Both the position numbers and the translations under genes were made by a program. Of a stretch of 64,000 nt of DNA, positions 1-11,932 are shown piece after piece (positions within the stretch are counted from its first letter, which is position 1; every line of letters begins with the position of its first letter). The notes below the pieces were generated by a model. The model saw nothing but the letters and a program-made list of their open reading frames with translations, searched no databases and was not told where the DNA came from. This stretch comes from Phoronis australis (taxonomy: Eukaryota; Animalia; Phoronida), in assembly GCA_002633005.1 (NCBI GenBank), contig NMRA01000521.1:69446-133445 (forward strand). The letters are read 5' to 3'.

Positions 1-607
1 AAGAAGTTTAGGAATCAGTGGGCAAGAGAGAGTACCTAAATCGCCGATCTGTGCGCAGTGACAGAGTAGCTCGCTGAAATGCTTGTGCGGCAGTAAAATA
101 GTTCTGGTATTTAAACGGAGGGATCTACAACTCCTGTCTTCCACGAGAACCGGTGAAGAAGACCAAAATTGCTGCAAAACTCCTTAATCTTCTTTTTCCG
201 TAATTATTCATTATCATTATTAACAAAGTACTTATGAGAAAAAAAACGTAGTCATTTGCAACACATTAGGTACCTATGACCCGAGTCACTCACAGATACC
301 TAAAGTTGAAAATCAGTTGTCACTACAGCTAAATGGCAACGTTATTGCATTTGTAAAACGGAAATGGTCTATACCTCTAATCCTGGAAACTGATCAGACT
401 ACCCTAACCGAAACGAAAGCATGGAGTTTTCTATTATGTCTTGAGTTGTGATTTTGGAGTCTGAAGATGGTCTCCTTACATCCAGAAAGTCATTATCACC
501 ATCGATATGCCGAATCACTGAAAACAGAGGACTTTAAATTTTGTGCCTTTAAAATAATAATCTGACATGTGAGCTCTTGGGTGAAAAAGCTATTCGATGT
601 TACTCAC

Positions 608-832
608 GTTTGGGTCAAGCTCTTCTGCACTCGGCATATACCAGAAGCTTCCTTCCAGTCCATCAACATTAGATATAAGTTTGTCGTCGGTGAAATTAGG
701 GTCACTCCCAGCAAGATTTCGTAAAACATCTTGAATAGCTGTGAGCGTATTGCAAAATGCAACAAAGTACACCCCCTCCTCTCTGGAAAGCCCAGTTTCA
801 GATATCCCGTAGGGCAGTGACTGACGATACAG
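608..832 (-). CDS. Paralog exon F (LYRQSLPYG...GSFWYMPSAEELDPN)
   Basis: tttaag|CTG ... AAC|gtgagt on the minus strand. Confidence 0.9.
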
Positions 833-3800
833 CTTAAAATGTACAAAAGAATCGAACACGCATGATTATTCTCAGATACAAATTCAGCATTCGCTGAACG
901 TTACGACATATAATTTAGAAATAAGCAACTGTTACATAAGACTAACAAATTTAGTTGATTGCAGAAATACATGCTCCTGAGTTTTAAAGCGACATTCATG
1001 CACCATTTAATATAAACTTAGGGACAATTTATGTACATCAGATACTCGGTTATTATAAGACAGTTTGTGAAGCCACTTCATTCTTGTTGGTATTATGGGG
1101 GTTTTCATTATTTTATAGCTTGATTGAACCCGACGGGAAGATGTTTCTCAAATGATAGAATGCCTGGCAAAGTATTTACAGGTAGAGTAATCATATTGGT
1201 TGCGATGCCATCGAATGACAAAAATGAAAGATATCCTTTCTGTAACTTTTACACGAGATATATAGAAATGGTGTACCTTGTGGGCAACTTGTCCTTTCTC
1301 GTTTAAAACACGTGCTCTTTTAATGTGACTTCTTTCATCGTTCATCGGAATAATGCAGCCATTGACTTTTCGTCCAATCATGTCTTCCTTTTCATTCATT
1401 TGCATGTCATTGAGCAGACTCCATGAGAACTTAAACTTCTGGGTGAAGCAATAGGTACCTCCTAAAATAAAATATAGAAGAACAAGAGGTACAGTGCATG
1501 AGATAATGAAGCGGAAAGAAATTTAGGTTTGATGTATATGCAGCGTGAGGTTTATTGACAAAAACGTGGGCCAATGCTCTTGCTCGATTCCTCTGCACGA
1601 AGCCAAACTCATACGGATAACACATGTTAGTTAACCACCTGTGTGGTGAGCGGTGGCGTTTTGATGATTCTGTTCGTTACAAACAACCAAATTTTCAGTT
1701 ATCCTTTCAAATACTAATATTTTAAGGAAATGAAGAAATAGCTTGGTGAGTAGACACGTAACTTAACGTACTGCTCGCGGAGATAGTAGGACCTACTAGG
1801 GCATTAGCAGTACGGCGGTTGCTGTTTTGTCGCAAACCATTGTGAAAGCCAATGTCTCGTGGGTACAGCGTGACAGAAGAGACTGTTGTTGCACTTAATT
1901 AAAGAGATTGGGAACTTGCAACAAATACACGTGTGTGGAGGGAGTACGACGATTACCTACGTGCAGATAAGTTGCCAAGATTTCCAAGCACAAAGCGGCC
2001 CTCTTGGTTATTTACAGGCGAAATGGTGCGATCATAGTCAATTAGGGGTCAACATGTATTATTTTAACAATGTAGGCAAAAATATTATCGAATTGCTTTG
2101 AATTTTGTCAACAATAACAAACAAGTGTAACTTAACTGAAGCCAACGAATTCAAGACACAGAGAAAATATCAGTACCAAAGCTACACTAGGTTATGCCTA
2201 CACGAGCATAGGTGTGCAGTGCCGTAACTGAATTCGTGAAAATCATCACAAAGCAATAATGATGGAATAAAATGACTTACCCAGGGCTCCATTTCGACCG
2301 GCTTGCGTTTGTGGTCCTGTAAGGATGTACCGCTCCAAAGACTCTACATCAAACGTGTTTTCCAAGCCATCTTGAAATCTTCCTTCAATAACTCGTGAAT
2401 TCTTTGCCACTGAGGGTAAGACCTGTTGACAGAAGGCAACCGATGTTGTTTACGTTATTATGGCAGAGTTCAGTGCAATTCTAGCATTTATTGCATACAA
2501 TGGGTCAATAACAGTGTCTCAGTGTGCGATGCGACCTCAACTGGCTGGCTGGTGTGCAAGTAAGTTGAGCAGGTGAGAAAATAAGAACACAATTTAATAA
2601 GCTAATCTTTACTTTACACGCCTTGACCTGAGCAGTCTATTTTTTACTTGCAACAGGCAGCTGAGCTGTTAACTCCCAAAACACTGGGCCTTTGAGTGGT
2701 GAGGTTTCCGTAGGCCAAGTTCCTTCTGAATAAAAGACATCTGTGTTTCGAAGTATACTAGGGAGGGGATTTAAGCTATCCCAGCAAAACTGCGGCCACT
2801 GACGAGTGAGACCTGGGGTGTTTTCACTCCAAAAGCAATACATTTGGCCGTAAGCCACACAGGCATGGCTGAATAGATAGTCATAAACGCGTGACAGTAT
2901 TTTAAGCTTGCTTTATTCGAGAAAAAGGCTGTGTAACTTTAATCCGTTGCAATGCATTCCTTATTTATCTCAAGCCCAATTTCCTTAACCTTTAACTGAA
3001 TTTCAGTAAATGATTGGTAATTGATATATAGTTGAAGAGAAAGAGGTTTCCATACATTGGCCAGGTGGCGCCTCTGGTGGCTACCCAGACAGATTGTTTG
3101 GTAGGTGAATATTCATAAAGCACTTTGCTCCGAGATATTAATTATTAGCTTACTTAATTTATCGAAACCAATATCTCTGTCCATTGTTTGAGTATTATCT
3201 AAATTCGATGAAACTACATTCGCTCTGGATCCGAACAGCATCAGTCCTACTGCGGGAATTTGTCATTAGGACCAGATTGGAAATGAACGGTAAGGTTTTC
3301 TAAAGTCAATGCTCCACTTCAAGGAAAAATGCCGTTCTCGTCTTTTCACGTTTGCTCTTAACAATAGGGCCATTGTCGTCGTAGCATGAGTGGTGTTGTT
3401 TTCCATCAAATGTGCGGAAATCTTGAGGATGTGCACGTATAACACAAGATTCATATATGGGCCCTGCAGAGAAGACAGGAAATCGTACAACAGAGCTTCC
3501 CTGCAGGTCTGTGGCAGCAAATACATGACAGAGTTGTTCAGTGGAAGATTAACAACCATGCTATGCAAAAAAGACGTTGCTCCGCAGCGTCACGTCAGCA
3601 AGATTTTTGAAACGACCATAACGATACGGGTATAACCTTACTTCATAGGAGATGAGCTTTCGTAGTTTTCCCAGGTATATATCGTGCATCTTTTTGGACA
3701 GTTTCTCGAGATCGTCATGGCTGTCGGACTTCAGATAGAAAAACACATCGGTGTTGCCGCCGTTCTTGAACTTGGTGGATCCATCGATTAAGTACGAGCT

Positions 3801-5376
3801 TTCCGGGCGCTGCTCCAAATTGTAGCCTTTGTTGGGAAACCTATCGGTAAAACCAAAACACATAAATACGTAAATATATCTCTCATTGCAATCTATCCAT
3901 TAAAAGATCGATGGATTTGATTGTTGTGATCGACAGGTCATAGCGATGTCTCCATGTTAACCGACATGTACCAACAATGCAATACATTGTGGATACAAAA
4001 CAACGAGTGAGTTACAATGTCTATTTTACCTGCATGTACATGTACATCTGGACAGACTATGGCTTAACTTTGCAAACTATTCGGCGAATAAAATATCAGG
4101 TTTTCCAACAGTCCTTAAGTTAAGCTACGTTGTATTCAAGACAAACTACAATGTTTTTAGATTCATTCGGAGCTGTGTTTGTTAAAATGTCTGACCTTGA
4201 CATAAGCCTAACGGTTATTAAAGCAGCGTTCTGGCATTCACATACATGTATCTGATCAGATAGCAAGATGACCTTCCTAGGTGAAAAGCTGAAGAAACTG
4301 TTTCAAATTGCCGCCTCAAGTGTCACCCAAAAACGCACTGTTGATACAACGTACTTTAGAACTGGAATGCACAACCTTACCATCCATCCCATAATTTAGG
4401 ATTGACCCCAACTAGAATTCTTGCCCTGGATTGGTCGGTGTCTAAACTTCTGCTATATTTCAACAGTTGCTGCATCTGCAAGTAAATATGTTAGGAAATC
4501 AAAACAAGACTCGTTGTTAGTGTAGTCAGATGAATATATCGAGACAAGGATGCAGTAAAGCTAAAACGAGTGAATTTACATGAAAAATATACAAACCAGC
4601 TTACATGTACATCTGTTCAAGATTTTGTCATTTGTTTCACTTTGAGCCAGTATTGTACTATCAATACTTTTGAGCAGCAAATCCCAATTAAAAATATAGT
4701 GTTATAAGCAAAACCTAGCAACAAAAATAACGTTTTGATACGTGTACATTTCTACGGAACAATGGCGACAGGTTGCATTGGAAATTACTGCGGTTGTCCA
4801 CTTGCGATTTAAAGCAAGGATAATTTAATTGTGTCCGATAAAACGTAATATATTAGTAAACTAGTTTTCCAGCTTCACACAATCTACTTCTGTTATCGTC
4901 CATTGTTATTCGGCAGCTCAAGTTCCGGGCATTCCGTGATATTTTGAGCTAAGATTTAGTTAAGACAGCAAAAGCATGCTCAGTCGTTGTCTTGCGAATT
5001 ACAACTAGCATATGCGTGTACATGTACATCTAAATTGTGACGTTTATAAAAAAATTCCTTGGACAGCTTTCGCTCAAAGCTTCAGTTCCTGAACTTATTG
5101 CATAACGTGGATGTTTGCGTTTGGCACAGCCGTTGCTGAAACACAACGGTACTCATCGACGAGGACGAATGTGTGCAAGCAAGGTGGAACACGTAATTGC
5201 ATAACAGTAGAACTTACAGAAGACAAGAAAAGCTTTCTAGAGTCGGTACTTGGGACAGCGTCTCCACGGAGGTCAACGGTGATGAACTTGCCGTAGGTGG
5301 GTTTATAAAAGAACAATCCAGGTTGACTCTTCGACATAGCATCCCCAGATTGAATCTTGCCATCTTGTTTACTGGC
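608..5376 (-). CDS. Second (inverted, divergent) paralog of the DyP(-GRE) gene; six DyP-domain exons, continuing or ending beyond the left window edge
   Basis: Exons 5218-5376 (159), 4381-4475 (95), 3642-3840 (199), 2281-2422 (142), 1277-1461 (185) and 608-832 (225) have the same lengths, phases and GT-AG sites as the + copy. Open frame with RFQDGLEN, SHIKRA and LYRQSLPYG intact. Confidence 0.88.
1277..1461 (-). CDS. Paralog exon E (GGTYCFTQKFKFSW...SHIKRARV...)
   Basis: ttttag|GA ... AAG|gtacac on the minus strand. Confidence 0.88.
2281..2422 (-). CDS. Paralog exon D (VLPSVAKNSRVIEGRFQDGLENTFDVESL...)
   Basis: aacag|GTC ... G|gtaagt on the minus strand; DyP Asp motif. Confidence 0.87.
3642..3840 (-). 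CDS. Paralog exon C (FPNKGYNLEQRPESSYLIDG...ISYE)
   Basis: gatag|G ... GAA|gtaagg on the minus strand. Confidence 0.87.
4381..4475 (-). CDS. Paralog exon B (MQQLLKYSRSLDTDQSRARILVGVNPKLWDGW)
   Basis: ttgcag|ATG ... TG|gtaag on the minus strand. Confidence 0.85.
5218..5376 (-). CDS. Paralog exon A (ASKQDGKIQSGDAMSKSQPGLFFYKPTYGKF...)
   Basis: ctcacag|GCC ... TCT|gtaag on the minus strand. Confidence 0.85.
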
Positions 5377-6675
5377 CTGTGAGACAAGCAATCGTTGCTT
5401 AAAATAACATTAAGAAGTCTATCTGAAATTTTACAAAAGCGTAGAAATAACAGGAGACCTATATGTAGGTATTATATTTCAAATCCCGATAACAAATAAT
5501 CTCTTTTCCTTGCCCCGACACCATAACAATCCCAACCCCACTAAATGTTACCGTAGACCGTACATGGTATAACGGAATTCAGTTTTGTTTATCAATGTGA
5601 ACGTTCGTAGCTGAGACCATACATTTACATGTAAGTGGCAATGGTGAACTTGCCTTGTAAGTAGAGTCCGTGACTATGGCCCCGAGCTAATCACATATAT
5701 CGCTCGCTCACGTGTTCTCTGCTCCCAAACGTCGACATTTTTCGAGAACTCTCAATCATGCGGGATGGGGGCATAGCCGCCACTTACATACATGTATGGG
5801 TCAGTGCTGCGCCACCCATGTATATGGGAGGCCCGCACCCCATAGGGCTGGGGCGATATAACCCCCTGAGTTATTTCAGTGCTGCGCCGCCCACTCAATA
5901 ACAGTCCAAAAATCAAAAGCAGTTGTTGCTTGAGTTTTGTCTTTGAGCTCAAAAGTATACATTTATTGTATTTGACCGAGATCACTATATAATAAGCGTC
6001 TTGTTCATTTTAAATAACTTTTAATACTCCCTGTCAGTAGTCAGCTTGTTGGCCTCCAACCAGAATTACACATACATGCACGTGTAATCTACGATCTATA
6101 ACGACTAGTTTTGCGATTTTTCGTGCGTTGTTTCACGCACTAGGGATGTCAGTAGGGAATACGCAACTGACCACACAACTCATCTGGACTACTGAATCTA
6201 ATGGGATGTTTAGCTTTGTCCTTTGTTTATTGTTCGAACGGCGATAGAATTCTACCACGAGGCAGCCTCATCGGTAAAAAGGAAACAAATATTTGCTTAC
6301 CGTTTGGAAAAATAAAGTTATATTAAAAGCCGCATGGTCGATTTCCCCTACTTACTCCATACTGAAAGAAAATCGGGTATACAGTACTTACTCAGTCAGA
6401 AACTTCATGCTTTTCAAAGCCCAGAGGCTTTTGAACACTGAGTTCGGCGAAAATGGTCTTAGGAAACAGTTTGTAGGCCTACATGTATATTTAGTGTTGT
6501 GAGGATAAAAAAGCGTGTTTCCCTTCATTCAGGTTATAGACGGGACAATCTGACTGGAACGAAATGCAAGTTATCTATATCCGCGAACCCTTTGAACATT
6601 CTTGTGCGAACAGAATTAACATTAAGCTGCCAAACAAACGTGATTTGGCAACATGACTTTCCTAAAGAAATTACA

Positions 6676-8673
6676 AACAAGAGCAACGCGGAGCGTTGAA
6701 ATGCGCCCACAATTGCACCGCATACGGTATCCTTCTAGGGTTGTTTATTGGTACCATAAAGTGGCCAGTAGAGGGCATACTTTGCAAAATGGAAAGGCAT
6801 GGTCCTTGTCTCCTCAATAGGCTAGGGGCAAAATGTGAGTAATCTTCATAATACAAGCACATCCTATACACCAGTTGCTTAAAGCACCACAGAAACATAG
6901 AATTAAAAACAAATTTACCAACATACGAGATTAGCACAGCATTAGAATGCCAGAAACAAATTTCTACTTGGAACTTTTCCTTCACAGTCACGAAGTAACA
7001 CAAAGTATACACCTGAAGACCTATGAAAATACAGAGGTCAATGTAAAATACTAAAATTGCCACTAGAGGCAAATACTAAAATTGCCACTAGAGGCATACC
7101 GGTAATCAGAATCATCCTAAAGTCGTCATCGTCCGTTGTCAACATCACATAAATACACTTGCTAAATTTAGTAAAGATCCTGCAAACGGTTTGGGAGATA
7201 CAGCCATGGGCGCAAAAAAACAAAACTGCCACTAGGAGGCGCCACAGTAGTCCAAATCGTCTGAAAATCATTGTCAGCTGTCTTCCTTATAGTAAGCACA
7301 TACACGCCAATTTTCACAATCATCCTTTGAGCGGTTTGGTTGATAGAGGGGTGGACGCAAAAATACAGACTCGAAAACAGTAAAAATGGCCACTAGGTGG
7401 CGCAAACTACGTCGAATCCATCTGAAAACAGTAGGATAGCGTCATCTCACTAATAGGTGCCTACATACCAAATTTCATGAAAATCCGTTCAATACTTTTG
7501 AAGATACAAAGGTAAGCGTAAAAAACTAAAATTGCCACTAGGGGGCACACCGGTAGTCGGATCCGACCAAAAGTCGTCATCTTCCGTTGTTAACATCATA
7601 TAAATATACTTACACAATTTGTAAAGATCCTGCGAACGGTTTAGGAGATACAGCCATAGGCGCAAAAAAACAAAACTGCCACTAGGAGGCGCCACAGTAG
7701 TCGAAATCGTCGGAAAATCATCGTCAACCATCCTCTACATAGTAAGCATATACATGCCAATTTTCACAATCATCCTTTGAGCGGTTTGGTTGATAGAGGG
7801 GTGGACGCACAAAAACAGACTCGAAAACACTAAAAATGGCCACTAGGTGGCGCAAACTATGTCGAATCCATCTGAAAACGGGAGGATAGCGTCATCTCAC
7901 TAATAGGTGCCTACATACCAAATTTCATGAAAATCCAATAAGGACTTGTGAAGATACAAAGGTAAGCGTAAAAAAATTAAAATTGCCACTAGGGGGCACA
8001 CCGGTAGTCGGATCCGTCCAAAAGTCGTCATCTTCCGTTGTTAACATGATATAAATATACTTACACAGTTTCGTAAAGATCCTGCGAACGGTTTAGGAGA
8101 TACAGCCATAGGCGCAAAAAAAACAAAACTGCCACTAGGAGGCGCCACAGTAGTCGAAATCGTCGGAAAATCATCGTCAACCGTCCTCTACATAGTAAGC
8201 ACATACATGCCAATTTTCACAATCATCCTTTGAGCGGTTTGGTTGATAGAGGGGTGGAAGCACAAAAACAGACTCGAAAACAGTAAAAATGGCCACTAGG
8301 TGGCGCAAACTATGTCGAATCCATCCGAAAACGGCAGGATAGCGTCATCTCACTACTAGGTGCCTACATACCAAATTTCATGAAAATCCGTTCAGGACTT
8401 TTGAAGATACAAAGGTAAGCGTAAAAAACTAAAATTGCCACTAGGGGGCACACCGGTAGTCGGATCCGTCCGAAAGTTTGCACATGCCGTCCCATTCATA
8501 AATGGAACATATGTGCCAAATTTCATGAACGTATGTCAAAGGGTTTTGGAGATAGAGCCGCGGACGCCGGACGCCAGACGCCGGACGCCGGACGCCGGAC
8601 GGACGGACGGACGGACGGACGGACAGAGATGACGGCATAATGCGTCCACATATAAATATGTGGGCGCATAAAA
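6676..8673. mobile_element. Non-autonomous Helitron/Helentron-associated (HINE/DINE-like) element with an internal ~451-bp tandem array and a (GGAC)n microsatellite
   Basis: Starts AACAAG; subterminal IR ATGCGCCCAC (6701-6710) vs GTGGGCGCAT (8660-8669); 3' hairpin ATGCGTCCACATAT-AA-ATATGTGGGCGCAT; tandem units starting at 7081, 7531, 7982 and 8434; GGACGCC/GGAC repeats ~8560-8625. Confidence 0.7.
7051..8480. repeat. Tandem repeat, ~451-bp unit x3+, each built of three ~150-bp subunits sharing GCCACTAGNNGGC
   Basis: ATTGCCACTAG(A/G)GG recurs at 7081, 7531, 7982 and 8434; sub-motifs at ~7228 and ~7390. Confidence 0.9.
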
Positions 8674-10338
8674 ACGCTGGAAAATGCCACTGTACGGATT
8701 GAAATCATAAATAATGAAAAATTCTGAGCCTGATTAGTCACGAAGTTCACAAAGACATTTTGTGAACACAGATTCTAAGGCAAGCTATTTGCAATGGCAC
8801 CACTAGGCCGACTGCTTATTGTATTGCAATAATATCATACACAGGTACCTTGTGCCATGGTTCAAAAATTATTTTTCCAATGTTAAATATGCTATGCCTC
8901 ATAGAAACCGTGGGATATTTTAATTTGTAGCAAGCGCCACCTTGTGACTTCAGCGAGAATTGTGTGTACAAGGTTAATCAGGTAAAGAAACAAGTTGTAA
9001 ATAAAATGCGGTTCTAAAGATAACACCACAACTGGTGCACTTTAGAAATATGCGTGAACACACACCCTAGTAATTCTAAATATTATGGAATGGATATTTG
9101 ATAGTGAAATGAACAAGTAATAACAACTGTGCCTTGTTGTACAGATTAACGATGGCATATTACTATACTTATTCCCGAGGTTGCAATGGTAAACGGTTCT
9201 CGGATGGTTCCTGGCACACCGAAAGACCCAGGGTTGTTTGTAAACTAGTACTTCATTTGCATATTCACAATTTAATGAGACATAACATTTTTAATTATTC
9301 GCTGCGGGCTTACAGCTCATCGAGCACCTGCATAAGACCAATGAAATAAATAGCTGCTATTTATCTCATTGCATAAGATAGCGTGACCACGTGCATCGCT
9401 TGTAATATAAGTACATAGTACGCACCACCTACGGTCGACCAGGCGAATCTGCACAAGAAGTTCTGAATTAAGGCTATGCAGGTCTCTATACAAATGTTCA
9501 ATTTTGGGCAAGTTCGGAACACCGAATAAAATATAGCCAACCGGAGTCACAATCAACTTTCCGATACGAAGTTTCATAGACGTTTATCTAAAACAATGAC
9601 AGGAAATCGACTTCAAAATGTTACGCTTTTCTATCAATCAAAAATAAGACATACATGTATTTGTTCTTCATGACAGAATGAAAGTTACAGAAAACGACAG
9701 TTTGGAGAACAATGGCATTGTTTTGATTTTATCTGGAAGATGTATTCCATACGAAATGTGGTAATGCTATTGGTTTTATACTGTCGTTTTGGTATAAATG
9801 TACCTTTCTTGTTTGCTAGATTTTCCCCTAAGTAAGGTCACGTGACCTATTCAGTGGGGCATTTGAGTCAAAAATCAAATTTTACGTAATCTTTATTTTC
9901 AAAAATATGTGCTTTTGTTGAATTAACTTCTATCTATTCTTCTACGGATGTGGACTGATCTCTGGCATGTTCTTTCACAGATCCTTTACGGGATTACACA
10001 CGACATTAGGAAATCCCTGGAGTGTTTTTAATGTTTTTGCAACGACAGAGGGCGCACTTGATGGTTAATCAAGTCCGTGAGAGAGTGCAAGGACGAAACG
10101 GCTGTACACCTATCATATCAGGGTACAGTCTTTAGTTCCAAAAGGATAATCACTTAATATTTTGATCATCTAAATTGAATCTAGCAATTTCTTCGACCTC
10201 ACCAGAAATAATCTTTACAAATAAAGCGTAAAACTACCTTGCGAACAGTTTGAATTCTGTCTCAGTGGTCGACAGCCATTAGTCTGTTTTTCACGTTCTT
10301 TGTCACTTTTATGTAGCCCTTAAACAAGTGCAGGCGTG

Positions 10339-10480
10339 CGTTCAGTAACGCTAGGACCTACGCTAGGACCTAGCTAAAATCTAGTCACGTGTTCTCACTA
10401 GTATAATACACGGCCATACATGTATCTCACCTAATCTCACGAAGTCTTGCTTTTTAGCGAGGTCCTAGCGTTATTGAACG
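10339..10480. mobile_element. Small palindromic MITE-like element
   Basis: CGTTCAGTAACGCTAGGACCT ... AGGTCCTAGCGTTATTGAACG inverted ends. Confidence 0.55.
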
Positions 10481-11060
10481 GGAAGCAGGACTCGCTTGAC
10501 TTGTAACGAGAGCTTGCTATATACTAGTACACGCTTGCACCATGCCGCTCACACTGTTGGAGAATACTCTACTCTTATTCTACACAAGTGTAGCTACATC
10601 TCTTCAAAACTGTAATAAAATTGCACCAGTACAACAACCTTAACGAATAATCGCAATGGAAGCTCAATCGACAAAAAATCAAATTGTTACAGGTATACGG
10701 TACTTGGTGCTTCACTTGGTAATTGTGTAGTAAGATTCGGGGTTAGAATTATGGTTACGCAACATCTAAGCCTAGACCTATGATTATGCAAGATTCGGGC
10801 TTAGAATTATGATTATGCAAGAATCTGGTCTAACCCTTTTGAATGGTTATACACAGACATCGGAGGAAAGTTTGTACCTGTGGAGATGAACCTGTTTTTT
10901 TCAGAACAAACCGGGCGGGTGTGCATGTACATGTAGCTTCAGCTGCCGTCAGTACTTCTGTTACCCAGCCAAAAATCGTCCACTGGGACAACAGCTCGTA
11001 ACGACATCTATAGGTCTGAGATATCTGCCATGGTTGGGGAAATTAGCACACTTTAGTGAA

Positions 11061-11352
11061 CATGCGCGCACCCAGCCTAAAATATGGGGGGGGCTCGAAT
11101 TCTTCGCTATGCGGACCTTTTACTGAAAAAATTAACAAGGACTAAAAAAAACGGGGCCACTAGGTTCAAGCCTGGCAATCGTGCATCCGCGCAGAATTCC
11201 AGTGTACTTTGTGGACTTTTTTCTCGTAACTCGGACTTCTAATTGTTTCACTGAGGCGGACCTTTTTGCCCAATTCGCCAAATTGGGGGGGGGGGGGGNG
11301 GGGGGGGGGGGCTCCTTTGAGCCCCCATCGAGCCCCCCTTGGTGCGCCCATG
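11061..11352. mobile_element. GC-rich MITE (family 1) with 5-bp TSD
   Basis: Ends CATGCGCGCACC / GGTGCGCCCATG, flanked by GTGAA on both sides (11056-11060, 11353-11357); related copies at ~16040-16322 and 27841-28087. Confidence 0.75.
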
Positions 11353-11770
11353 GTGAATTAAAAATTGTATCTTTATAGACTACTTCAATGGCTAGGTGCA
11401 AACTAAGGCTTGGCGATAAGTTCTATAAATTCGAACATCTGGTGTTTACTTTCGTGCAATAAAACGAGATACAACACGTACGCGGCCCAGACAGAAGTTG
11501 CATAATGAACAAAGGATCTGTTCTGGCCTCGGAAGAAAAAATGACTATATTGCTTATTGACGCCGTTTCTTAACGTTTACGACTTGCATACCAAATACAT
11601 TGCAGTAATTTCCAGTCCTTGATCTACAGTAATTATTGTAGTCTAGGCTCAAACAACCGTCACGGTGATCACTTTGGAGATGACAACTCCGTTGTGATTT
11701 CCATGAATAAGGCTATTAGTTCAGCTGCAGTGATACTGCAACACCGCTTCATTCCCTATGTCTTTAGGCG

Positions 11771-11932
11771 CAGGGACGGATCCAGTATTTTGAGTTGGGG
11801 GGAGGCCGGGGCAGGGCAGAGTTTTAGCCAAGATTTTGTCTGTGAGGCATTCGCACCCCCGAGCTGCCAAATGGAATCTGGAAGAATCTTAGGGGGGCAT
11901 GGCCCCTTTGACACCCTCTAAATCCGTCACTG
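11771..11932. mobile_element. MITE (family 2) with 5-bp TSD AGGCG
   Basis: CAGGGACGGAT ... ATCCGTCACTG; AGGCG on both sides; homologous to 14868-15024. Confidence 0.75.

Noticed and set aside
8435-8750. ORFs with RRTPDA/SVRP repeats
   Set aside because: Translations of the GGAC microsatellite within the HINE-like element.
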